Assembly: GCF_001194135.2 (NCBI RefSeq)
Contig: NC_068990.1
Span: forward strand, 93,957,380 to 94,021,379
Direction of reading: 5' to 3'
From: Octopus bimaculoides
Taxonomy: Eukaryota
DNA: 64,000 nucleotides
This document shows positions 27,655 through 40,300 of the stretch, in pieces. The notes under the pieces are model-generated. The model did no database searches. It saw only the letters and a list, made by a program, of their open reading frames with translations, and was not told where the DNA came from. Position 1 is the stretch's first letter; each line of letters starts with the position of its first letter. A program made the position numbers and the translations under genes.

Positions 27655-28863
27655 CTAAATATTAAAGAGAAACATGCATTAAAGAAAATAAAACTATCTT
27701 GGAGAAGATTTCTAATAAAATTGATTGTTACTCAACAATATTTTAAGCTTTTATTCTCTTTTACAGGCACAAAAACTCAGAGTGGATACCATCTTATATG
27801 CTGAAGCATACTCCAAAGTGACTTGGTCTGCATCAACAGGACATAGCAGACAGTAAAATCAGAGTGTAGTCAACTTTTTCCTAAAGGATTCCGTCTGAAA
27901 CATTGGACTTTCCATTCCTGGTGGAAAGTTCACTGAACTCTTTATCAATTTTATGAAAAAACATCTATTTTAAGTTGCTTTTTTTTTTTTTTATCTTATC
28001 TTAACTTAATAACTGGATGAGAACTAAAATTTGATCATCAGTTGAAATGGTAGAGAATCATATGTAATTCGTTAGTTAAATTTGTAGGGAGTTTTATTTA
28101 AGGAAATTGAGTCAACTAAACTGAAATACCTCACTTAATCCTCTTGTTACCATATTTCTGCTGGTAATCACTGGAGAATGTAGGAAAATAACTACCATTA
28201 TTAAGCGACTGGAACTTATATTAACTCTTTTGTTGGAAGGCTTTAATTTAGGTTCTTTTAAAAGAAGTTTGTATCATAAAAATAGGAATGCTCTCAGAAG
28301 GATGGTATGAAAAAGATAAAGCATACAGAAGCTGTCTTCTGCAAAGGACAAAGCCAGGTGTCTGATATGAGGTGCATTCAAACACCAACATCTAATCCCT
28401 TAGCAGTTTCAATACTTAAAATTATCCCTCAACTCATGTAAACAATGAAATGTGTAACATTATTATAAATGTTTGCCAGATCAGATTGGAGCAGATATAA
28501 AAAATAAAGTAAATCTAAAATGATTCATAACAAACATCTTGGTTGTAATATCATTGGGTCTTAACTGATATTCTAGCAAAACACTCTACATCCAAACTTG
28601 TGTTTACATGAGTAACATGCATTTCTGTTGGAGAAACTTTATCTCTATAGATACTTGGTCTTCCTACTGCTAAGAATACAGTTATATGAAACAGGAGTGA
28701 AATTTGCAGAAAGTTCAGCAAACCAACTTCTGTGAGTTTCTCTAGGGAAAGAACATAGATTTTACAGAAAGGTTTTACTGATGACTCAGTGGTCCATAAT
28801 TCAGCAGGTGAACCATTCAAATATTTGCAGTATCTAATCTACATGTGGAAAAAACTAACTTAC

Positions 28864-28978
28864 CAATGCCGGAACTGTGGTGGAGAGTTTGTCATGTTGC
28901 TTGCTGCTGCTTCTCTCTGTTTCTTTGTCAGGACAAATTCTTGTAACTTTTGTTTCACCTCAGTAGAAGCTATAGCAC
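28864..28978 (-). CDS. HDAC4: HDAC4-like coding exon with MEF2-binding motif (S)AIASTEVKQKLQEFVLTKKQREAAASNMTNSPPQFRH(W)
   Basis: Acceptor ttctAG (28980-28979) and donor GTaagt (28863-28862). Length 115 nt (phase 1 to 2). Close match to the class IIa SAVASTEVKxKLQEFVLxKK motif. Confidence 0.96.
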
Positions 28979-29074
28979 CTAGAAGTAAAGGAAGGTTTAA
29001 AATACAAAATGAAGAGGGGTGGGGGGAAATGACTAGTTTCAGCTTTTGTAAATTAAAAAATTAGCTATTTCTCT

Positions 29075-29276
29075 CTTTAAACACATGTCCTCAGCAGTCA
29101 CGGCCCAAGTTTCACTGCCATGTAGCATGGCTGTTCGTACACATGTGTCATACAGTCTGCCTTTTACTCTGAGCGAGAGGCCCTTTGCCACCAGCAGAGG
29201 TGAGAGCTCTGAACTTTGCCCAGGCTATTCTTATTCTAGCAGCTACACTTTCAGTGCACCCTCCCCCACTACTGAC
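29075..29276 (-). mobile_element. RTE LINE RT C-terminal fragment abutting the hammerhead SINE copy
   Basis: Minus strand reads GGGCTESVAARIRIAWAKFR, followed by frameshifted RTE-like sequence. Confidence 0.75.
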
Positions 29277-29418
29277 TCGAAATTTCCCCAAGACACCTGA
29301 TGAAGGCTGGAGGGTATACCAGACGAAACATTATGTTAACAACAAATAAGATGAGGACAAATATCCGTCAAATGTAAATAATGTAAATAATGTTCCTCAT
29401 CTCTTGAATATAGAACTG
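29277..29418 (+). mobile_element. 5'-truncated copy of the hammerhead SINE inside the 522-nt HDAC4 intron
   Basis: Same body and same ...ATATAGAACTG 3' end. CTGATGA at 29297-29303; stem II GGCTGG/CCAGAC; stem III and stem I mutated (GAAACATTATGTT). Confidence 0.85.
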
Positions 29419-29500
29419 TATTACCTGCCTGAATATACTAGCGTTTCTGGAAAGGACCTCAAAAGAAGAGAAAGAAACAATTAAAACCAGATGAACTTAC

Positions 29501-29609
29501 TTTCTTCATCTTTATTCTTATTCTTTATTTTTTCTAAGCGCTCCTTCTCCAGCATCTCCTTTTCTATCCGTTGCTGTTGTTCTTTCTTCTTCTGCTGCTC
29601 CATATATAC
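29501..29609 (-). CDS. HDAC4: HDAC4-like coding exon VYMEQQKKKEQQQRIEKEMLEKERLEKIKNKNKDEE(S)
   Basis: Acceptor gtgtAG (29611-29610) and donor GTaagt (29500-29499). Length 109 nt (phase 0 to 1). Charged helix preceding the MEF2-binding motif. Confidence 0.92.
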
Positions 29610-30361
29610 CTACACAACAACAATAGCAACAATATTAATTATACACTCTTCAATCATTTTACAAAGTTTGGCACAATTATTTTTTTATTTTTTTATTTTT
29701 TGGCAGAATCAAAATAGATTTTGGATTGAAATCACATTCTCACGAAACTGAGAACAAGATCCAAGGTAAGAGAACTCTTACTCCGCTTCACCAGTGAAAA
29801 CAACCAAATGGGAAATAAAATACGGTAGTTATGTCCCTTGCAACTTCTCATCCTCCACATTTTGACGATTTACACTAAATTTTCACAATTACGTTCTTTC
29901 AAAACAATTTTTGATTTATAACACTTCTTATGCATAATATTCACAACCCTTTTTTTTTTTATAGATATAATAATTCTAGCTGAGTTTACTTTTTAATACA
30001 CAGTCTCACTGTTTAAAATGTTTATACTCCTCTACTTTTGAATTCTATCTACTTACCTAAATATCTATCTACCTATCTATCTTATTAATACATACATATA
30101 TATATATCTTTATCATCATCATTTAATGCTCATTGTCCATGCTGGCATGGGTTGGACAGTTTGACCAGGGCTGGCAAGCTGCACCAGGTTCCAGTCTGAA
30201 GAAAATGAGTAAAACTAAAAACAGAGAAAAAGAGGAATGGTGGTAGTGGAAAATTAGGCATTTTTGGTACCAAGGTGGATGAGAAGAGATTGGAGGAAGA
30301 TGAACAAATCATTGACCCTGTAACTTTAACAGTGGCACTGATGTGAAATTAAACAAAGAAA

Positions 30362-30720
30362 TTCATCATCATCATCGTTTAACGTCCGCTTTCCATGCTA
30401 GCATGGGTTGGACGATTTGACTGAGAACTGGCAAACCAGATGGCTTCACCAGGCTCCAATCTCTGATCTGGCAGAGTTTCTACAGCTGGATGCCCCTCCT
30501 AATGCCAACCACTCTGGGAGTGTAGTGGGTGCTTTTACGTGCCACCGGCACGAAGGCCAGTCAGGCGGTACTAGCAACAGCCACACTCAAATGGAGTATT
30601 TTACGTGCCACCTGCACAGGAGCCAGTCCAGCGGCACTGGCAACAACCTCACTCAAATGTCTTTTCATGGGCCAGGAAGGCGACACTGGTAACCTTCACA
30701 GGCAACACTGGTAATGATCA
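30362..30720 (-). mobile_element. SINE / RTE-type 3' tail family C ending in (GAT)n (representative copy)
   Basis: Minus strand reads ggcattaggaggggcatccagctgtagaa...ccaacccatgctagcatggaaagcggacgttaaacgatgatgat. Related copies near 23174(+), 25860(+), 43620(+), 47190(+), 60905(-), 62430(+), 63620(+). Confidence 0.75.
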
Positions 30721-30821
30721 AGGGCGATGCTAGTAATAATTAAAGCTAACAAATATGATGACAACAATTTTAAAGTTTTAAAGCCTAACATTGACACAAA
30801 ATTCTTGCTATTTATTTCTAG

Positions 30822-30894
30822 AAAATTTAGAAATTATCCCCTACAAAATTTAGAAATTATCCCCTACAAAATTTAGAAATTATCCCCTACAAAA
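30822..30894. repeat. 23-bp tandem repeat (AAAATTTAGAAATTATCCCCTAC)x3
   Basis: Three identical units read directly. Confidence 0.95.
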
Positions 30895-32112
30895 TGCATG
30901 ATTTTAAATTTATTGTAAATATTTTTGCAAGACAGCAAGCTGGCGGAATTCTAAGAGTGTTGGACAAAAATGCTTAGTGGCATGTCAGAGACAGAAGAAA
31001 TGGCTCTTTACATTTCAAGTTCAAATACTGCCACGGTCAACTTTACCTTTCATTCATCCAGGAGCTGATAAAATGAGTACCAGTCAAGTACAGAAGTTGA
31101 TGTAATCAACTATCATACCCTCCCCTAAAACTGTGCTGAAATTTGAAACCATCATTAGCCTATAACTCAGTTTGTTACTCCACAAGTAAGCAGATGCATT
31201 ACACTATGTTTGGCTGATGTCATTATTAAAAGGCAGCAAAGGCTTTTTTGGGGAATAGAACAACTGTGTGTTTTCAAAGATCAAGATATATTCCAGAAAA
31301 GGAGGGGCTGATTTGAAGACTTTGGTGAGGATAAGGGCTAATTGTAGGGTGGATTGTTTGAGGGAACTGAAAGAAGAATTGTCAGACTAACAGCTTGTTT
31401 GCTTGAAGCAACTGGAGATATTATTATTATGTATGATAGTGAATGTAGCAGAGCAAGAAAGGGATAATGTTGGAGGAGAGAATGTGTCAAGTGGTGTAGA
31501 TGGTGGGGTGAAAGCAGGGAACGTGCAAGATTTCTCCACGGGAATACAACTCACAGAATTATCATGGTTGTAAAATTGGTAGGGATTTTTTTAAAGCAAG
31601 AGTCCAGAAGACAACTGTGCCAAGCAAGTTTGCCAATAACTGATGCAAGGTTCAGTTTGTAGACAGGGACCAAAACGAAAATGGGATTTCCATTTGTTGA
31701 TGTCTGTGCAATAAACATTAAATTTGAATGTGGTGAAATTAGATTTTTCTCAATTTATACCTCATTTTTAGTCATAGAATTACATCCATCATTAAACGTA
31801 AAAAGAAATTTACAATTAAAGCAGTATTTGTATTTCTCACAGAGGATGATCAGACCACGCATAAAAATGACAACATTTCAACGCTTTCATCTCTTCTTCC
31901 TACCCTATGTCTTTTGTTTCTCAATACTTTCATGGCTTTGACATGTTTAGGTGACCAACTGCAGATATAAATACCCAAGCATGCGTAACAGTCTTCATCT
32001 TATTAGATGTCCTTCCTTCCAGTGAGAAAGAGGGAGAGAAAAAAGCAGGGAGGATGAGGATGACGTATTTAATGAAAGAGTGACAAGATCAACACAAAAT
32101 ATAAAAACCTAC

Positions 32113-32339
32113 TTTGATGTGTTCTTGCAATTTCTTTTCATGTTCTTGAGCCAGCTGCTTCTGCTGCTGCTGGAACTGATGCAGCAACATCTCTTGTTGC
32201 AGCTGATATTGCTGTTTCATAGAAGCAAGTTGTTGCTGAAACTGCTGGTCTGTAAGGATGTTACCAGGATATGTCTGCACTGCCTGCACTGTTGTGGTCG
32301 GTGCAGACCGCCGTGCAACAGGAGGAGAGGGTGGAAGAT
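32113..32339 (-). CDS. HDAC4: Class IIa HDAC (HDAC4-like) coding exon: Gln-rich N-terminal helix, (D)LPPSPPVARR...QQFQQQLASMKQQYQLQQEMLLHQFQQQQKQLAQEHEKKLQEHIK
   Basis: Acceptor ttgtAG (32341-32340) and donor GTaggt (32112-32111). Length 227 nt (phase 1 in, phase 0 out), open frame. Resembles the HDAC4 Gln-rich domain and splices in frame to the next exon. Confidence 0.93.
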
Positions 32340-33133
32340 CTACAACGAAATGAAACCAGGCTTAGAAACAGTGTGTCACAAGTGGAATAGCAAAAAAAAT
32401 AAAATAAAATAAAATAAATAAAAAAGACTTGAGTTTATAAAAGAAAAGTAACTTGAAAGTTGTGGGTTTTATGAATTCCCATGGAAAGGGGACTGGAAAG
32501 TGAAATTTGAAATCAGAACTCATGTCAAAAATGTACTTTGCCCAATGCTCAACCATTCCTGGTGCACCATCATGACAAGGACAACAACAACAACAACAAC
32601 AACGATAATGATTTCTTTCATTACTTCAATCCCTGCAATAAATTACTAGAGCAGATTTCAATTCACAAATGCAAAATACTATAAAATTAGAAGTAAATTC
32701 ATGTTGTTGTTGCTACTGTAGTGTTGTTGATGATGATGATGAAAGTTGACTTGAACCCAGATGTGAAGGGTGACAAAGTTTATTCCCTTCTGGATTTGAA
32801 TACAAAATATAATAGCATTTACTCTAAATGTTTGGCTTTCTACACAATAAGAGTGATAAAAATATTTGAAAAAACAATTTTCTTTCAATCTTTTAATTTT
32901 TAGTTTGTTTATATTGGCAAAATATAACAAAAAACAAAAACACAACGATATTGCTTGAGCCAATAGGGTGTAAAAGGGATCAACTGTAATATAAACAGAT
33001 CAGTGAGAGGGAAAAAAAATCATGCGATATGTTAAGAGAAAGTACACAAAGTACATCCTGTTGTGTTTTCAGGTTACTTTCAACATTACAAAAGAAAACA
33101 GAAAGAGCACACATTTGTTTTGTGTCGATGTCA

Positions 33134-33152
33134 AAATTGCAATACACCTACA

Positions 33153-33237
<85 letters not shown>
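33134..33237. repeat. Long (AC)n microsatellite
   Basis: Uninterrupted dinucleotide tract of ~100 bp; many shorter (AC)n, (TA)n and (GA)n tracts elsewhere. Confidence 0.97.
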
Positions 33238-33238
<1 letters not shown>

Positions 33239-35609
33239 GACTCACTTGATGCTACGGTTTCTAGCTTCTGAAAAAAATCATCCAATCATAATGTCGGTTG
33301 CCAAAGACATAATTCCTTAATACGAACTGAGGGAAGCTTAAAAAGCTGCATTAAACAATTATAAGCCATTCCTCTGTTCCTTTCCTCCCTAAAATTCACA
33401 GCTCTAGAAATAATTTCATCCACTTTAAATAAATCCAATCTGGCTTTTCCTCCCAACCACTTTTCTAGCCATCAGTTTTTTATGCATGCACACAAACACA
33501 TATGCATTTGTGTGTGTGTGTATTTACACACACACACACAAACACAAATGCGTATGTGTGTGTGTGTATTTACACACACACACACACACTCATACGTATG
33601 TGTGAATCTCTATATTTAGCCCCTGCTACTGGTGTGTTTACGTCCCTTCAACTTAGTGGTTTAGCAAAAGAGACCAATAGAATAAGTACAAGGCTAAAAG
33701 TGAATAAATAAGAACTGGGGTCAATCTATTCAACTACAAATTCTCCAAGGCAGTGCTGCCCCAGCATGGCCACAGTCTAACAGCTGAAACAAGGAGAAGA
33801 TAAAGCATTAGACACAGGCAGTGTATCTCCACCGGAATTTTGGGGGAGGGGGGGCCAGTTGATTAGATCGACCCTAGTACACAACTGGTACTTAATTTAT
33901 TGATGCCAAAAGGATGAAATGCAAAGTTGACCTCAGCAGAATTTGAACTCAGAACGTAAAGACAGACGAAATATCGCTCAGCATTTCGCCCAGCTTTTAA
34001 ACGTTTCTGCCAGCTTTTGACTTGAAGTTTATTAAATCTACAACTAGAATGGATAGGAGTTTATCATTTCCTGATGTCATTATTTCCAGGAGCTCAATAC
34101 CTCATCCATGTGCCGATATTACAAGAGGGTGGCACTGGCCATACAGTAATCCCTTATATACCTGATATGCAAACATTATGTTGTGCCACTGGAGACAATA
34201 TTTAACTCTGCTTCTTTTAAGACTAACCTTGCCAAAAAATTGCAATCTATTATTTATTCTTTTTATTCTTTTACTTGTTTCTCAGTCATTGGACTGTGGC
34301 CATGCTGGAGCACCACCTTCATGAGTTTAGTCGATCGAATTTATCCTAGTACCAATTTGCTTCAGTCTGATAGTAATTCTCTTAGTCTCTTTAGCTGAAC
34401 TGCTAAGTTGAGGCCATAAACAAACCAACACTAGCTGTGTGGGAGGTGGGGTGGATACAAGCACAAATATGCACATGCACACACACACGCCCTACCAAGT
34501 TCACTTAGAAGATATTGGTCCACCCAGGGCTACAGAAGAAGGCACTCGCCAAGGGTGTTGTGCAGCAAGACAGGGCCTTAGACCTGAGGGTTGTGAAATG
34601 AAATTCATCCCAAAATCAATTTCTCTGCTCTTAAAGATAAAATGAATCACTTTTCTATGATGAGACACTGGAGGTCGCATTGTTACAGAATACGGAATTA
34701 ATCTTTGAGCATGATGTCAATATTCATTCAAGATGGCTCAGAATTACATGAATTTTATCACATATTACAGGTACTTAGTTTCTCACCACCTCCACCACCA
34801 CCACCACCACCACACAAAAAAAAAATAATAATAAAAGACGTAGTCAAAGCAAGTAGGATTTGAACTCAGAGAATCGGACTCTGTTAGTCTACCATTTCCA
34901 AGAACTTCCATTACACAAACTGATAACAATGAATTTGTGGATTTAACACAAATTGTAGTCAAAGGATTCTCCCTCACCTCAAATATCAGAAAATTTCACA
35001 AGATAAATGCATTTCATTTTGTCTTCCACCACACTAACCACCACCACCACCACCACCATTCTTGTACACAAAGACAATAAATCATTAATTCTTTCTTAGT
35101 TGTTATGAGTCAAATAATATCTTCTGGGGACTCAAGCCAGACTCACCAAAGATTACATCTCTCCTTCNNNNNNNNNNNNNNNNNNNNNNNNNNNNNNNNN
35201 NNNNNNNNNNNNNNNNNNNNNNNNNNNNNNNNNNNNNNNNNNNNNNNNNNNNNNNNNNNNNNNNNNNNNNNNNNNNNNNNNNNNNNNNNNNNNNNNNNNN
35301 NNNNNNNNNNNNNNNNNNNNNNNNNNNNNNNNNNNNNNNNNNNNNNNNNNNNNNNNNNNNNNNNNNNNNNNNNNNNNNNNNNNNNNNNNNNNNNNNNNNN
35401 NNNNNNNNNNNNNNNNNNNNNNNNNNNNNNNNNNNNNNNNNNNNNNNNNNNNNNNNNNNNNNNNNNNNNNNNNNNNNNNNNNNNNNNNNNNNNNNNNNNN
35501 NNNNNNNNNNNNNNNNNNNNNNNNNNNNNNNNNNNNNNNNNNNNNNNNNNNNNNNNNNNNNNNNNNNNNNNNNNNNNNNNNNNNNNNNNNNNNNNNNNNN
35601 NNNNNNNNN

Positions 35610-35652
<43 letters not shown>

Positions 35653-36574
35653 AGAGAGAGAGAGACCGTCACATATTGATATTATCATGTAGTCTGGATG
35701 TGCTATTCTTGTTATATTGTCCAGGCCAGAATAGGCAGCAGACTCTTGCTGTTGTTGGTTTTATTAATTTTGATGTTTGGCCATTACCCCACCCACCAGC
35801 TCCAGGTAATTAAGGTGATTATTTAGTAACAAGTACATTAACAAATAGTAATCCAAAGAAACTTAATTAATAAAAAATAGAACACAGTAGGGAGTGAGTT
35901 TGATTTTTGGTACTAAGGGGGATAGCTTTGGACATGTTTCAGTCTTATTGGTTCTCATCAGCAAAACAGTCTGACTGCTAGAGTTACATTTTTAGAATGA
36001 CAAGAGAAGTATATAGGATTTCTGTGAAAGAACATCAACCCTTAAATGGTGGGGAAAGGGTTGCATGATTGTGCCAATCAAGCAAAAGACAAAATGTTTT
36101 TTTTTTCCCTTAAGAGTAATTTTTATATTAATTTTCATTTTAAATACTTTCAAAATCTAAGTGCCATTAAAATATTCACTTCCCTTGGCATTTGGCATGA
36201 ACATAAATTCATGTAAGACACCTGTATTGTTGTTGTCAAACGAATAAACATCCAGAGCTAGTTTCTTTCTTCTGTGCTTCTAGACAATTATCATCATCAA
36301 CCTCATCTGATGATGAAAGCAAGTCAAAAGACTTCATTGCTGTAGAAATCTTCCCTTTGTCACTTGATTTCTCCCATCAATAAGGCTTACTTGTGCTGGG
36401 GCACTTGGTTATCAACTGATGACGGCCATATCCATGTAAAATTTCAAAAACATTAATTGATGATGTCCCCCCTTTGGGGTTAAATGAAGTAATAATTTTA
36501 ATGAATGATGAATGGGGGTGGGGTTTACACAAAAGATTATTGTTGTATGAAAGAAACACCCTCGTTAAGAACTA

Positions 36575-36870
36575 GCATCATCATTATCCGCCTCCTCATT
36601 TCTATATTTATATTGCATGGGGTGAACAAGTCCTCTCCAACACAGCATCCTACCACATGTATTTCTTTATCATCTCTTTTGTAAGGTTCAGCTTCCTAAG
36701 ATCAACTTTCACCACTTCTGTTCATGCCTTGGTTTTCCTCTTCCACTTGTTTCTCTTTCCAACAGAATCTCCTGGTGAGGTAAGGATTTTTTGGTCAGTT
36801 TTCCACTACATTCATGCGTTGAGGTCATGTGACAACCTTGCAAGAAAGCTTTTGCCCACTGGATACGTAA
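36575..36870 (-). mobile_element. Decayed RTE LINE 3' end
   Basis: Minus strand resembles the RGRPRKTWxEVVKxDL-type RTE C-terminus and 3' UTR. Confidence 0.55.
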
Positions 36871-37258
36871 TATGACAGAAAATAACTATGAAAGGTGAAA
36901 GTCACATCTGAATTGAGGTCTGTTTTAGCCTTTCCATTGTATCCATGGGCTAGATTAAATTAAGTAACATCTCCACCCACCCCCACCAACACCACGCATT
37001 GTTACATAATATTCTAGAAAAGTAAAATACAAATGTAGAGAACAGGAGTTTATTTTGTCAGGTCCAGTGGCCTACAACCCCACAGCTTCCATGGTATATG
37101 CAGTCACTTCTTAAGGCACATGAGGGCCCAGTCTGGCCTACCGAAAGTAGTAGATGCATGCAATGGAAACTTCAGAGTAACAGGCTGCTGGATTAGTCTA
37201 AATAGTGTGAGAGTGAGTGAGAGAGAGAGAGAGAGAGAGTGAGAGAGAGAGAGGGGGG

Positions 37259-37306
<48 letters not shown>

Positions 37307-40300
37307 CTATGTAGAGAGAGTATTTATCATTTTAGATCAGAACATACCTAACAGTTGAAGTCCCTTACAAAGAGTGCATACGTACTAAAACATGAGGATC
37401 TGCTCAAAAATTGAAGTTATTTATTTACCAGTTCAATCCAAAAAGATTAGAAAAGTTAAGTTTCGATAGCAAAGAGTGGTCATATTGGATACGAAAATTG
37501 CGGAACTCACACACACAGATACACACACAGATACACACACAAATGAATAGAGAAAACTTTGTTTCTGTACAATTTCTCCAAAAAGACACCGTTTAACCAT
37601 TAGTTAAGCATTCTACTAAAGAAATTCTATGCTCTAAATATTCTTTGAAATATTCTTAAAGCTCTAATGTCCCCTGCTGTTAAACCCTGTACTTACAGCT
37701 ACAAATGTGAGTTTAAAAGACACAGAGTCAGGTTACAGAGATCTCTGTAATTTTATTACTGTTTCTGGGTGGAGCAATAAGGAGAGGGCAAAAGAGAATC
37801 TCATCTTCTAGCTTTTAATGAATTCAACATTTCTGTGAAATAAGATATCATTCTCCATTGTCACTGTTGGAAGACGGGGATTAGTTTCTCAAGTCAATGC
37901 CTGCGACAATGCACACACACACACACACACACAAATAGCAGCAGCAGCACATTTGAATATCTTGAATGTCATGGTTCAAGGGTAGCAACAGACTAAGTGG
38001 GTCAAACATGTGGGAAAAACATATCGTAAGTAAATAGATTAATGAATAAACAAACAAAAAGGCAACGATCTTTCATGAATTCAGCACTTGTCAACATTTA
38101 GAATCTTTTCAGATAAGTTGTCGGGGATCTTTCAACAAAATTAACTTTTAGAACAAAAAGAAAGAAGAAAAACATCAGCTTTTCACTGTGCATGTATCAT
38201 CAGCTAAACACCTACCACTATAATCCTCACTGTACATGTGAGGGGCAGAGTTTGTTGTTGCAGCAAGCTTTAACCCACACAACTTTATTATGACAACTCC
38301 CTCCTTCCCCTACAAACCACTCTAAAAATACTCTCCAAGAACATCGTCCCCACCACTCAACCCAGACAAACACAAAATACACCACAAAAATAGCAGCCGA
38401 ATCAATAATACCGTAGACCTCCCCAAAACTATTTGCAGTCCAGCCTGTCTGCTTCTGCTGTAGTCACTTCCAGAACAAACAAATAGCACAGAAACGAAAG
38501 AGACATTGAAAGATAAGCAACATAGCAAGAACAACAGCCAGGCTGCATCTCATACCATCAAACACTGTGCATTAGGAGAATGCAGTGAAATCCTCAGACA
38601 TGCACAAGTGTTAGAACATCTGCATTCACTGCAACACAGGGCATGCATGGCATTATGGGTAAGAGGCTCCAATGAAGTCCCTGGGCTAACAAATATCTTG
38701 TGGGTTAATTTGGTAGACAAATTTATCTTTTACTTGTTTTAGTCATTGGAAGATGGCCATATTGGGGCACTGCCCCAGTATGGTCATTGTCCAATACCTA
38801 TTTTTAAAAATCTGGTACTTACGCCCACCCAACATGCAGTGTAGTGGGATTGAACTCAAAACCATGTGCTTACAAAGTGAGCTTCTTAACCATCAAGTCA
38901 TGCCTCTGTCTACATTGGCAGACTTTTGTAATGTTGATAATGTAAGGCTTCTGGCAGAGATGAGCGAACAGAATTCCACGAGGTTTGGAAACAATAAGAA
39001 AACATGTAGAACAGGCTGATTTGCTTCAACAGTTCAAATTTTATTACAGCATTTTACTATTATGCTGATCAAGGGACCATAACTAACGGCTCCTGTTTGT
39101 CTGACAGTATTTTACAGCTGAGTGAGTTAGTAGTTTGAAGGGCATCCAGCTATAAAATAAATTGTTCCATAGAAACATGGTAAGATTGATATAAAAACTT
39201 ATTACTTGTTAGATCTTCTTGTAGAATCTCTTTTAAAACCATGATTTGAATTAATGCAAACTGTTTCCAACCCATGCCATCATGGTAGGCAGATGTTAAA
39301 TGCTAATGATGTTTCCATCTGTTAAATGTATCATAAAACCCACGTGGCTTCATGAATACCCACCTCATATCATTATACTTATTTTCACTTAAATCCTGAC
39401 AAAAGGCTTAAACACCATGACTACATTGTAAGCTATTAATGTTTTCTTTGAGCTGTTTTTTTTTTTTATTAATTAAACAGTTTACAATCATACAGTCTTA
39501 GTCGTTGAGTCAATGAAGTATTGGTAATTCTCTAATTTAATAAAAACTGTATTTCCTAAATTGTAATAACAAGTTTATGTACATATAACGCTATACATTA
39601 AATTTAATTAATACATTTTGAAAGTAATATCTTCAAAAGTATCCAGAGTTAATTAAATTATGCACACGAGTTAGGAGTTTGGAAATAAAACAAAGCACAT
39701 TCAATTCCTAAAATGCAATCAGTAAACAATTTATGTTTGTTAATTAAACTCAAATTGCTAGTAAAAATTTGTTTCAGTAAAATACTTTAATAATTTATAT
39801 GTAAGGATTTTAGTGTTCAATTTCACAAGTTCAATTACTGAAGCATGCAGGTGTTTGCCCCAAGATAATGAAGTCTGCAATTCATTTGCCTGCAATAATC
39901 TGGCTTTGTCTAAAAATGATTAAGAACAGTTCATAGGTTAGCGAAATGGGTTCATTTGATTTTATATCTATTTTTCTGTGCTGGTATGGATTAGTCAAAT
40001 AGATTATGATAGCACCATTTCACAGCAAAATGCTCTCCCTACTACTAACCCTTACCTGTTTTCCAAGTAAGGGGCCTTTTGTCCCATATGTCTTCAAAGG
40101 CATACAGTCAATGGACGATTTGTTGAGAGAAGGAATGAAATCAATGTTACAACTTTTAGCTCAGTAATGTTTGGAGAAATGCAAACAAACACACACACAC
40201 ACACACACGTGTGAGAGGGGGGAGGGGGTAGCCAGTGTTTGTTTGGCAAATTTACTCACATGATTTGGTCAACCTGAGTTTGTAGAAGATACTTGCCTAA

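Noticed and set aside
38535-38630. Minus-strand AG...GT segment as possible HDAC4 upstream exon
   Set aside because: The frame needed for phase-1 joining contains TAA; no homology.
40020-40110. Apparent minus-strand mini-exon (MGQKAPYLEN) with GTAAGG donor
   Set aside because: The donor and flanks match a dispersed repeat also seen near 12360-12425 and 54580-54640, so it is repeat-derived.
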